From contig JBAZWZ010000001.1 in the NCBI GenBank assembly GCA_041660105.1, forward strand, positions 523-64,522: DNA of 64,000 bases, written 5' to 3'. Positions 1 through 8,873 of this stretch are shown piece by piece. Every line of letters starts with the position of its first letter. Position 1 is the stretch's first letter. The notes under the pieces were generated by a model. That model worked only from the letters and a program-made list of their open reading frames with translations, was not told the origin of the DNA and ran no database searches. A program made the position numbers and the translations under genes. Origin of the DNA: Minisyncoccota bacterium. GTDB lineage: Bacteria; Patescibacteriota; Minisyncoccia; Phycocordibacterales; UBA1550.

Positions 1-10
1 CACCCCTATC

Positions 11-45
11 GTCCACTCAAGCACACTTGAGTGGACTTTTCTTTT
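11..45 (+). terminator. Intrinsic terminator-like hairpin
   Basis: GTCCACTCAAG-caca-CTTGAGTGGAC followed by a T-rich run. Confidence 0.6.
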
Positions 46-120
46 ACTAGTGCAAAGCAAAAAAACCGCAGCGGTTGGCGTTACGTCCAAGATATGAATT
101 TGGTAATTTATGATTATTTG

Positions 121-599
121 GGGTTACATTGCATCACACAATTTACTAAAGAATGGTTCCATTTTTCTTTGCTATGTACCTATTTGACCGATAGTATAAA
201 ATAGGTACATAGTGGAAGTTGGGCGAGTATATGGTTGCGGATTTTTGGGGTTACATTGCATCACACAATTTACCAAAGAATGGTGGCGGTCCCCTTTTCT
301 TGAGGAGTAAACAACATACACTTAATATATGCTATAGCATATATTAAGTGTATGTCGGGGAATTAAGAGTTGGACGTTGGATGAGTTTGGAGCTGGGGAT
401 TTTTAGGGTTACATTGCATCACACAATTTACGAAAGAATGGTGTCCCATTTTCACCTTCTGTTATCAATTTCCGCTATCTACTTATACGATACTATAGTA
501 CTGTATAAGTAGATAGTAGTATATATAACACTTTTAGGCGAATGAACGGCTGAAGATTTTTGGGGTTACATTGCATCACACAATTTACGAAAGAATGGT
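121..599. repeat. Array of four 37-bp direct repeats separated by unique 90-121-bp palindrome-containing spacers (not a canonical CRISPR)
   Basis: GGGTTACATTGCATCACACAATTTACNAAAGAATGGT at 121-157, 248-284, 406-442 and 563-599; palindromes at 172-212, 314-355 and 475-516. Confidence 0.95.
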
Positions 600-1454
600 G
601 GCTGGCGCGGGGGCCTCTATTTTATACTCTTTATCAAAAAAGAATTGCTTTTCTTTTAAGACCAGGACGATGGCAAAAATAAGCAATAATACTGTTTGAA
701 TAATTTTGCTGTCAGGATTTGTTGCAAATATTTCATTAAAATAGCCAGCTGTAATATGGAATATTATTACTACAAGAATATTTCTATTGGATTTATAATA
801 AAGCCAATTCATAATTAATACATACGGAATAATGCTGACCATAAAGTTCGCACTGTAGATCCAGCCTGATGCTACTAGGTTACTTTGGTAGTAGTCTTTG
901 ATAAATGAGAGCGGAACATGCCATATGGCCCAGAAGGCACCAAATATCATTGAGGTGTTAAACAGGTTGAACTTATTTCTCAGAGCGTCAGTCCCATAGG
1001 TGTGCCACGCTAATTCTTCAATAGTCGGTGCAAGTATTAACAAAAACCAGACAGGTAAAATTCCTGACGAAAAGGTGAAGTGCCCAGTAATAATAAATTG
1101 TGAAGGGCTATATCCAAACAACAATGATACGGCTTGCGCCAAGAGAATGCTTATTAGCATCAAGAAACAAGCCAAATAAAAATAGACTGGCTGAGCCATA
1201 ACATTGAAGAACCTACCAGTTAAATCCTTCCATAAGTTAGAATCTTTTCGTATAAGCCCAAACGCCAATATCATGGGACTTATCAATCCGACTAGCCCAA
1301 GAACACTGGCAATACTCATATATAAATCCCTGTATGGAGTAATATGACTTACGTAACCTGCAGCAGACCAAAAAGACCAAGGAATAATTGTTGCAAGACT
1401 GTAAAACAATACTGGATGTTTAAATTTGTTTATCATAATGAGGAGTAGGTACAT
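585..1454 (-). CDS. CPBP family (CAAX/Abi) intramembrane metalloprotease
   Basis: Multi-TM protein with EELAW, FWAIWHVP and IIFHITAG motifs; true start may be 1436. Confidence 0.9.
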   Translation of the reverse strand: MYLLLIMINKFKHPVLFYSLATIIPWSFWSAAGYVSHITPYRDLYMSIASVLGLVGLISPMILAFGLIRKDSNLWKDLTGRFFNVMAQPVYFYLACFLMLISILLAQAVSLLFGYSPSQFIITGHFTFSSGILPVWFLLILAPTIEELAWHTYGTDALRNKFNLFNTSMIFGAFWAIWHVPLSFIKDYYQSNLVASGWIYSANFMVSIIPYVLIMNWLYYKSNRNILVVIIFHITAGYFNEIFATNPDSKIIQTVLLLIFAIVLVLKEKQFFFDKEYKIEAPAPATILS

Positions 1455-1456
1455 CC

Positions 1457-1705
1457 CTACTTTTTCTTACTAGTTTTATTTTTTAGTATACCAACACTGG
1501 AAAGAGTATTGAGCGCAAACTCTTTCATCATGCTTGATTTTGTGATGTACAAACCTTTTGAACTATCGCCTACGAGCACAACAGTGTCGCCCGATTTAAG
1601 TTGAAACAAGTCTCTTGCTTCCTTGGGGATAACTATTTGTCCCTTCTCGCCTATTTTAGCTACTCCAAAATAGTAACCTTCTTCCTCACTCTTTTGATTT
1701 TTCAT
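1457..1705 (-). CDS. AbrB/MazE/SpoVT family DNA-binding protein
   Basis: KIGEKGQIVIPKEARDLFQLKSGD signature. Confidence 0.9.
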   Translation of the reverse strand: MKNQKSEEEGYYFGVAKIGEKGQIVIPKEARDLFQLKSGDTVVLVGDSSKGLYITKSSMMKEFALNTLSSVGILKNKTSKKK

Positions 1706-1790
1706 TGTAATTTATATAGCTAGTTGTGTTGGTATAACTAGTATGATTAGTATAACAAATCATACTTTTCTTGTAAATACCCCCAAAAGA

Positions 1791-1824
1791 AAACTCCTCC
1801 CCTCTTGCAAGAGGGGAGGAGTTT
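1791..1824 (-). terminator. Perfect 34-bp hairpin, probable terminator of the TIR operon
   Basis: AAACTCCTCCCCTCTTG|CAAGAGGGGAGGAGTTT. Confidence 0.65.
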
Positions 1825-1857
1825 CTTATTAAAGGTACTTGATCCCTTTACTACATA

Positions 1858-2295
1858 CTATCTTCCAGCTTTTTTAGCAGCTTTCTCGATCCATGCACCC
1901 ATATTATTGTATCCATCCTCGTTGTTCCAAAGATAAAAATCGTAACCCTTAGGAATCATCCCGCATCGGTCTGTAGTATGTCCCTGTAAATCTTTAATTT
2001 TACTAACATCAATGCCAATTAGCCCGTTGCCAATTTCAATACTTTTTTCAATTTCGTATTTAACCCATTTACTTGAACAGGTTTTTTCTCCAACTAATAC
2101 AACAGTTACAGATGTCCCATTCAGTTGCTTGTCAATCCAGTTTTTAATTGCAGCATCGCCTTGTCTCTCTAATGTTTCAAAATCTGCAGCATCAATAAAA
2201 CCCGCTGACTCTTTCCCTTGGGTAACCCAACTATTTCTTACAACCATCGCCCGTGATACATCTTTATATTTGAAACTAAAAAATACTTTTCTCAT
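1858..2295 (-). CDS. TIR domain protein (DUF1863/MTH538, ThsB-like)
   Basis: RKVFFSFxY, SVTVVLVG and WVKYEI (catalytic Glu) motifs. Confidence 0.88.
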   Translation of the reverse strand: MRKVFFSFKYKDVSRAMVVRNSWVTQGKESAGFIDAADFETLERQGDAAIKNWIDKQLNGTSVTVVLVGEKTCSSKWVKYEIEKSIEIGNGLIGIDVSKIKDLQGHTTDRCGMIPKGYDFYLWNNEDGYNNMGAWIEKAAKKAGR

Positions 2296-2305
2296 TAATT
2301 TATTA

Positions 2306-2698
2306 TTAATTCGTTACTAATATAACTGCGACAATTAGTGGCACATAGAAAATAAGAAGCGTAATTGAAAATGTTGAACAAATCCATCCGTTCTTTTCGT
2401 CTTTTTTATACTCACTAATATCCATTGAAAAATCAACGTCTTTTTCCTCCAATATTCTAACGTGATTATAAAGTGCCCTAAATGAACGCTCTTGAGAAAG
2501 AAAATACCCATCTAAAATCCAAAAAATAATAATTGGAAAATATATAACTAACGTGTGGCTGGAATCCAAATCCTTCATAAACAATGCAAGTAATCCTGCC
2601 ACCAACGAAACTGTCCACCCGCGAAGAAAAAACAGATTGCTAGCCATCCGACTTATAATAGCCTGTATTAATTCAAGATGTTTTATTTTGTTTCCCAT
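2306..2698 (-). CDS. Small multi-TM membrane protein, putative effector partner of the TIR protein
   Basis: KHLELIQAIISRMASN..LRGW and FWILDGYFL pattern; start reassigned to ATG at 2698 because the longer ORF overlaps nrdB. Confidence 0.75.
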   Translation of the reverse strand: MGNKIKHLELIQAIISRMASNLFFLRGWTVSLVAGLLALFMKDLDSSHTLVIYFPIIIFWILDGYFLSQERSFRALYNHVRILEEKDVDFSMDISEYKKDEKNGWICSTFSITLLIFYVPLIVAVILVTN

Positions 2699-2840
2699 AT
2701 TTTTTTGTTGACGCAAGGCGTAGTTATTTTGAATGCGATACAAGGCGTCGAGGGTGTGATATCGGGAAGCTGTACAACTAGTACTGCGACCCGATTCACA
2801 CCCGAAGACAACGCCGTAGCGCGTCAAAAGAACACGCCGA

Positions 2841-3875
2841 CTACCATTCGAGGGCGCCGCCAGTTTTGTATTCGGTAACCCTCGTCTCAAAGAAATTCTT
2901 CTCCTTACTCAAGTCTATCGCCTCTGACATCCACGGGAATGGATTCTCTACACCATACTGCACTGGCAAACCTACTGCCTCCAAGCGTCTATCTGCGATG
3001 TGCTCGATGTACTGCTTGAAGCCGTCGGCGTTCATCCCGAAGATACCACGAGGGAAAAGCTCGGTTGCAAAGGTGTACTCGAGTCCTACGGCACGCTTGA
3101 TGTGGCCGATCATCTTGTCTTGGAACTCCTTGGTCCAAAGCTCTGGTTGTTCCTCTTTGATCGTGTTGATGAGGTTGATACCGAAGTTCAAATGCTGTGA
3201 CTCGTCACGCATAATGTACTGGATCTGCTCTGCGGCGCCCGTGAGCTTGCCCTGACGCTGGAAGCCAAACATTACGGCGAACGATGAGTAGAAGAAGATA
3301 CCTTCCAAAATGAGCGAGAAGACGACGATGTTCTCGAGGAACTTCTGGTCGTTCTCGAAGGTGCCGGTCTTGAAGTTGTCGTCGAAGATGCCTTCGTTGA
3401 AGTTGAGGACGAAGCTGTCTTTGTTGTAGATAGCATCCACCTGACGATACATATTGAAAATCTTGCTCTCATCCATCGCGAGACTCTCTACGATGTACTG
3501 GTATGCGTGCGTGTGGATAGCCTCTTCGTATGCCTGACGGAGGATGTACATACGGCACTCAGGAGAGGTAATGTGCTTGTAGAACGCGAGGGCGACGTTG
3601 TTGGCGGCGATACTGTCCCCTGTCGTAAAGAAGCCAAGTACGGTCTCAAACGCCTGACGCTCGTCATCGGTGAGAACGTCCTTTGAGCGCCACTGCTCGA
3701 TGTCCTTTTGCATACTAATCTCCGTAGGAAGCCAGTGGTTCGCATTGCCCACAGAATACGCATCCCATGCGAATGTGTGCTTCATCGGATAGAGCTGAAT
3801 AACGTCAGCGTCTTTTCCGTTGATGATGCGGCGGTTGTTGATGTTTACTGGCTGGTCTCCTTTGGTAATTGGCAT
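2841..3875 (-). CDS. nrdB: Ribonucleotide reductase class I beta subunit
   Basis: EEAIHTHAY (radical Tyr present), LEGIFFYSSF, RDESQH, C-terminal NFFETRVTEY. Confidence 0.96.
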   Translation of the reverse strand: MPITKGDQPVNINNRRIINGKDADVIQLYPMKHTFAWDAYSVGNANHWLPTEISMQKDIEQWRSKDVLTDDERQAFETVLGFFTTGDSIAANNVALAFYKHITSPECRMYILRQAYEEAIHTHAYQYIVESLAMDESKIFNMYRQVDAIYNKDSFVLNFNEGIFDDNFKTGTFENDQKFLENIVVFSLILEGIFFYSSFAVMFGFQRQGKLTGAAEQIQYIMRDESQHLNFGINLINTIKEEQPELWTKEFQDKMIGHIKRAVGLEYTFATELFPRGIFGMNADGFKQYIEHIADRRLEAVGLPVQYGVENPFPWMSEAIDLSKEKNFFETRVTEYKTGGALEW

Positions 3876-4022
3876 GATAGTTAGTTTATAAAGTTTTTAA
3901 AGTTAATAAAGTTTCTAAAGTGGGGATAGTTTTTAAAGTAACAAGAGTATCTTAAGTGTCTGCATCCGTATCCACTTTATAAACTTGATAACTTTATAAA
4001 CTTTCTACTTGCGCCTCTGGCG

Positions 4023-6869
4023 CTATCCCTGACAACTCTCGCACAGACCCACTTCCTCTCCCCTCGCTACGCGGGCCATGAATTCGGCATCGGCTTTCTT
4101 CTGTAAATCAACTTGCGCCGACGGGGCTGCTGCGATTGAGATTTCTTCTTTGATTGATACTATGGTGTCGGCTGCCTTGACGGTAAAGTCGCGCTTGTGC
4201 GTGTTGCCGAACTCTGCGACGGACACGGTCGACTTCTCTACTTGTGATGCGCCGAGTGAGCGGAGGTAGTAGGTCGTCTTCAATCCTTTCTTCCAAGCGT
4301 AGAAGTAAATCTCTGAGAGCTCCTTGCCTGATGTGCCACGGAAGAAGATATTGAGTGACTGTGACTGGTCGATCCACTTTGCGCGACGTGCTGCGGCATC
4401 AATGAGCCAACGTGAATCAATCTCAAACACTTCCTTGTACTTCTTGCGTGTATCGCGTGGAATCTCGGCGATGCCTTGGATACTGCCGTCGTGGAACTTG
4501 ATCTTGTTCAACATATCGCGGCTCCAGAGTCCTTGGCGCTTCAAATCCTCGACGAGATACTTGTTGACTACGATGAAGTCCCCTTCTTTGTTGGACTTCA
4601 CATAAATGTTTTTGTAGATAGGCTCTACGCAAGGGATGCATCCTGCGAGGTTGGCGGTACTTGCGGTTGGCGCGATAGCCATCACGTTGCTGTTTCTCAT
4701 ACCGTGCTTCTTGATACTCTCGCGTACAGGAGTCCAGTCGAGTACACCATCACGCTCTACTTCAATCTTCTCGCCACGCTCCTTCTCGAGGAGGTCGACG
4801 GTGTCTTGAGGAAGAAGTCCGCGATCCCACTTGGAACCCTTGTAGGTCGAATACACACCACGCTCGCGGGCCAAGTCTGATGATGCGAGGATGGTGTAGT
4901 ATGCGACGACTTCCATACTCTCGTCTGCAAACTTCACAGCCTCTTCTGAGTCAAAGTCGATACCGAGGAGGTAGAGTGCATCGTGATATCCACGAACACC
5001 TAGTCCTACTGGGCGATGGAGGGTGCTACCACGACGAGCGTCCTCTGTGGGATAGAAGTTGACATCGATGACGTTGTCGAGCATACGCACTGCGCTTCTC
5101 GTCACGCTCTCAACGAGCTTGTGGTCAAACTTGCCGTCCTTGATAAACTTTGCGAAGTTGAGTGAGCCCAAGGTACATACTGCGGTTTCATTGGCAGAAG
5201 TGTTGAGCGTAATCTCGGTACAGAGGTTGGAGCTGTGTACGGTACCTACGTGGTCCTGTGGTGAGCGTACGTTGCAAGGGTCCTTCCATGTAATCCATGG
5301 GTGACCTGTCTCAAAGAGCATCGAAATCATCTTCTTCCAGATGTCGGTTGCGGGGACACGCTTGAAAAGGTTGATTTTGCCCTCGTCTGCCATCTTTTCG
5401 TACTCTTCGTAGCGCTTTTCGAATGCTGCGCCGTAAATCTCGTGAAGTTCGGGCACTTCTTCGGGAGAAAAGAGTGTCCACTCCTTGCCATCACGAACAC
5501 GCTTCATAAAGAGGTCGGGGATCCAGTTGGCAGTGTTGACGTCGTGGGTGCGACGGCGCTCATCGCCCGTGTTCTTGCGGAGCTCGAGGAAGTCCTCAAT
5601 ATCGAGGTGCCATGTCTCGAGGTATACACAACCTGCGCCGCGGCGTTTGCCGGAGCGGTTGATGGCGAGGTTTACGTCGTTTGCGATCTTGAGGAATGGG
5701 ATAACACCCTGACTTCCTACACCTGTGCCCTTGATGAATCCACCCGTAGCGCGTAGTGGTGTCCAGCTCGTACCCGTACCGCCTGACCACTTCAAATACT
5801 GCGCATTGTCGCCAAATGTCTTGAAGATAGCGTCGAGGGAGTCGGGCACGACATTGAGGAAACAGTTTGCAAGCTGAGCTTTCTTTGAGCCTGCTTGGAA
5901 GAGTGTGCGGCCGCCTGGGGTGTAGAGGAAACGTGAAAGCACTTCGTAGAACTCAAGCGCGACACGCTCGCGGTCTTCCTTCTTCTCATTGAGCGCTGTC
6001 CCCATCGCGATGCGCATCCAGAACATCTGAGGAGTCTCCACAGGTTTCTTGGTCACCGTACTCTCTTGGAAATAACGTGACGCAAGAATCTCAAGTCCCA
6101 TATATTCAAAGAGCTCGTCGTTCTCAAGCTCGAACTTCTTCACGAGAAGGTCGAGATCGAACTCAAGCATACGTGGGTCGAGATTGCCCTCGGCGACTGC
6201 GTGCTTGATATTCTCGGGGAACATTTTTGCGTGAGCGGAGAGAATGTCCTTTGGCTCAAAGTTGGTGCCGAAGACGTCACGGTAGAGCTTCTGGAGGAGG
6301 AGGCGTGCTGCGACCTTGGAATATGCGGGGTCAAGCTCGATCATTGAGCGCACAACCTGAATAATCGCACGGGTAATCTCCGTCGTCGTGACACCTTCAT
6401 ACATACTGAGCTTGAGCTGAGTGAGGATTGATTCCTCATCGATGGTCTTTTCATAGCCCTCCGTCACACGGGAGAGGGTTTTCTTGATTTTTGCCTCTGA
6501 ATACGGCTCAGTCTTGCCAGAACGCTTGGTAATCGAGAGCTTTTTCTCTTCAATCTTCTCGATAACCTCTTCCTGCTTCTTTTCGCGGATCTTTTCGTGT
6601 TCGTAGCGATAAATAATATAGGCTTTTGCCACTTCGTGGTAGCCCTCGTTCATAATAACGAGCTCAACAACGTCCTGAATCTTCTCCACCGAGGGAATCT
6701 GCCCGTATCCACCGTCTTTTACTGCCATCAAAACGGCTGAGGTCATTTCAGCAAGCTTTTCCTCCGTTATGGGGGTGTTGCATGCACTGAAAGCTTTACT
6801 AATCGCAGTCGTGATTTTCTCCGGAGAGAACTCTACGATAGTACCGTTTCGTTTTTGGACCTGATTCAT
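4023..6869 (-). CDS. nrdA: Ribonucleotide reductase class I alpha subunit with two N-terminal ATP-cones
   Basis: SNLCTEI, AIAPTAS, KTTYYLR and C-terminal CESCQ; two KRxG..F/Y...KI ATP-cone starts. Confidence 0.97.
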   Translation of the reverse strand: MNQVQKRNGTIVEFSPEKITTAISKAFSACNTPITEEKLAEMTSAVLMAVKDGGYGQIPSVEKIQDVVELVIMNEGYHEVAKAYIIYRYEHEKIREKKQEEVIEKIEEKKLSITKRSGKTEPYSEAKIKKTLSRVTEGYEKTIDEESILTQLKLSMYEGVTTTEITRAIIQVVRSMIELDPAYSKVAARLLLQKLYRDVFGTNFEPKDILSAHAKMFPENIKHAVAEGNLDPRMLEFDLDLLVKKFELENDELFEYMGLEILASRYFQESTVTKKPVETPQMFWMRIAMGTALNEKKEDRERVALEFYEVLSRFLYTPGGRTLFQAGSKKAQLANCFLNVVPDSLDAIFKTFGDNAQYLKWSGGTGTSWTPLRATGGFIKGTGVGSQGVIPFLKIANDVNLAINRSGKRRGAGCVYLETWHLDIEDFLELRKNTGDERRRTHDVNTANWIPDLFMKRVRDGKEWTLFSPEEVPELHEIYGAAFEKRYEEYEKMADEGKINLFKRVPATDIWKKMISMLFETGHPWITWKDPCNVRSPQDHVGTVHSSNLCTEITLNTSANETAVCTLGSLNFAKFIKDGKFDHKLVESVTRSAVRMLDNVIDVNFYPTEDARRGSTLHRPVGLGVRGYHDALYLLGIDFDSEEAVKFADESMEVVAYYTILASSDLARERGVYSTYKGSKWDRGLLPQDTVDLLEKERGEKIEVERDGVLDWTPVRESIKKHGMRNSNVMAIAPTASTANLAGCIPCVEPIYKNIYVKSNKEGDFIVVNKYLVEDLKRQGLWSRDMLNKIKFHDGSIQGIAEIPRDTRKKYKEVFEIDSRWLIDAAARRAKWIDQSQSLNIFFRGTSGKELSEIYFYAWKKGLKTTYYLRSLGASQVEKSTVSVAEFGNTHKRDFTVKAADTIVSIKEEISIAAAPSAQVDLQKKADAEFMARVARGEEVGLCESCQG

Positions 6870-7248
6870 ATGTGGAGGGAATTGTTAATGATGATTAAAA
6901 AAGGCACCTCGGGTGACGCAAGCTTGTTTAGTTGTTGAGGAACAAAAACAGTGGCTAACTTCACCTGAAAGATGCTTTAACTTCCCTATTTTAACATAAA
7001 GCAAAACAAGAGCGGAAGTAATTTTGCATATTTTTATGACTACGTCACATGCAAAAAAATCTGTCTAAAAATTTGGCAAACGAGGGCTGAAATTCTGCGT
7101 TTTCCGCGCGCGAATTTTGGCAAACAAAATTTTTCTTCACGCAAAATAATTTTGTGTAAAAAGTTTTCCACAGGAGATTGGCGAAGGGTGTATATTTTTT
7201 GAAAAAAGAAAAAGCGGAGCTCGGGGGCGTCCGCTTTTTTGATATTAA

Positions 7249-7563
7249 TTACTTCAAAGTTTCGTATTCGGCGAGTTCAGACATCGAAACTTGCTTAATA
7301 GTGCGATTTTCAGCACCGATGAGCTTTTCGAAGCCATTGCTCATACCGAGCTCGTCAACCCAGGCCTGCTCCTTGAGGGTGCAACGTGTACAAATCCTGA
7401 CCGAATGGTTGTTGGAGCCGCGATCGTGCTCGACAACCTCGGCGTGCTTGCACTTGTTTTGCAACTCAGCAAGCAAACCCGCTACCCGCTCCTCGAGGGC
7501 TGTGATTTGGCGAGTTTCTTCCAAAATACGAAATTTCACTGCATCCTTGGGTGTATTACACAC
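7249..7563 (-). CDS. Hypothetical protein (CxH...CxxC)
   Basis: ORF with upstream AAGGAG RBS and downstream hairpin. Confidence 0.55.
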   Translation of the reverse strand: MCNTPKDAVKFRILEETRQITALEERVAGLLAELQNKCKHAEVVEHDRGSNNHSVRICTRCTLKEQAWVDELGMSNGFEKLIGAENRTIKQVSMSELAEYETLK

Positions 7564-7694
7564 GTTTTTCTCCTTTTAACGATTGATGTTCGTACCCGAA
7601 TCTAGACTACTCTTCGGCACACAAAAAAGCAAGCCCCCCGATGATTGCGACAAAAAAACGGAGCTTCTGAGCTCCGCTTTTGTGAATCCGATAA

Positions 7695-7880
7695 CTATCC
7701 TCGTATATTCACAGGGTGTTTGTAATTCTGAATTTCGAGTCTTGCGAGCTCTTGGAGTACGGGGTTTTTGTAGTTTTGTAACTCGCGGGCTGCTTTCAGT
7801 TGTAGTTTACTCCATATTTCATCGATACGCTTCTTGTAGAGAACGTTGAGCCTTTCCAATCTTTTTTTCTCTTTAAACAT
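7695..7880 (-). CDS. Small hypothetical protein
   Basis: ORF with AGGAG RBS and downstream hairpin. Confidence 0.4.
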   Translation of the reverse strand: MFKEKKRLERLNVLYKKRIDEIWSKLQLKAARELQNYKNPVLQELARLEIQNYKHPVNIRG

Positions 7881-7952
7881 GGTATTCTCCTATACAATGT
7901 CGTGGTATTCGAATCTCTATGTTCAATCTACTCCTTTACAGAAAGGAAGTAA

Positions 7953-8087
7953 ACCCCGACACCAACTTTGGTGCTGCTTTTCATTTCGCCGTCATTCCAC
8001 CCTTAAATCAGACCTTGAGTAGTCGAGGGTAGCTAAATTTAGTAAAGTTTTCAAAAAGCGAAATTGCATCAATGTTGGTGTGGGGGT
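7953..8087. mobile_element. MITE/REP-like element with 22-bp imperfect terminal inverted repeats
   Basis: ACCCCGACACCAACTTTGGTGC (7953-7974) vs GCATCAATGTTGGTGTGGGGGT (8066-8087), 19/22 complementary. Confidence 0.55.
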
Positions 8088-8093
8088 AAAGGA

Positions 8094-8798
8094 TTATATC
8101 CCCGAGAGTCCAAAGAGCCTACCGATGCCATACGTAATGACCATCGCGAGGATTCCACCTGCGACGACGCGGACGGTGGCGGTGCGCTTTGATGCGCCTC
8201 CTGCATGGGCGCTCAGACTGCCCGTGATAATAAGGGCAATAAGCACTGATATGAAGGTCGCCGTGACGCGCCAAGACTCAGGAGGAAGGGTGATGGCAAG
8301 AAGCGGAATAAGTGAGCCCGCAGTAAACGATGCTGCAGATGCGTACGCCGCGTGAAGTGGGTTGGTAAGGAAGTTGGGATTGATATGAAGCTCCACATCA
8401 ACGTGTGCTGCAAATGCGTCATGAGCGGTGAGCTCGATAGCAACGCGCTTTGCGGTATCCCGCGAGACGCCCTTACTCTCGTAAATACCAACTAATTCCT
8501 CGAGTTCGCTCTCGGGAACGGTATCAAGCTCGTGACGTTCCTTGGCGAGAAGTGCTTTCTCGGTATCGCGCTGAGTACTCACGGACACGTATTCCCCCAC
8601 TGCCATCGAGAGTGCCCCTGCGGTGAGTCCTGCGACTCCGGTAATAAGGATGACGTTTGAAGAGGCAGCAGCACCCGCAACCCCGAGAACAAGTGATGCG
8701 GTTGAAACGATGCCGTCGTTTGCGCCGAGGACGGCTGCGCGGAGTGCGTTGAGCTCGGTGTGTTTCTTTACTGATTGTTGGATAGGACTCATCCCCAT
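8094..8798 (-). CDS. VIT1/CCC1 family iron/manganese transporter
   Basis: LRAAVLGANDGIVS and GALSMAVGEYVSV motifs; start approximate. Confidence 0.93.
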   Translation of the reverse strand: MGMSPIQQSVKKHTELNALRAAVLGANDGIVSTASLVLGVAGAAASSNVILITGVAGLTAGALSMAVGEYVSVSTQRDTEKALLAKERHELDTVPESELEELVGIYESKGVSRDTAKRVAIELTAHDAFAAHVDVELHINPNFLTNPLHAAYASAASFTAGSLIPLLAITLPPESWRVTATFISVLIALIITGSLSAHAGGASKRTATVRVVAGGILAMVITYGIGRLFGLSGI

Positions 8799-8873
8799 AA
8801 GTATACCATCAAAAATACAAAACAAAGGGCGGTCCTTTTTTGCAAAAAAGGACCGCCCTTTGTTTTGTATTTT

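Noticed and set aside
135-143. CACACAATT resemblance to the phage N15 telRL arm, and 42-bp palindromes resembling protelomerase sites
   Set aside because: Only a short match recalled from memory and no protelomerase gene in the window; kept only as a remote idea.
121-599. Canonical CRISPR or TIGR array
   Set aside because: Spacers are 90-121 bp and self-palindromic, the repeat has no strong stem, there is no cas1 or effector in the window, and the unit size does not fit ~36-nt TIGR units.
2699-2890. N-terminal extension of the 194-aa ORF
   Set aside because: It overlaps nrdB and runs through a hairpin element; ATG at 2698 fits better.
2866-6334. Many antisense and alternate-frame ORFs here and throughout the window
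   Set aside because: They are shadows of well-supported genes with no motifs or RBS.
7164-7172. DnaA-box-like 9-mers (also near 17553 and 36990) as an origin
   Set aside because: They are isolated, with no cluster and no dnaA nearby.
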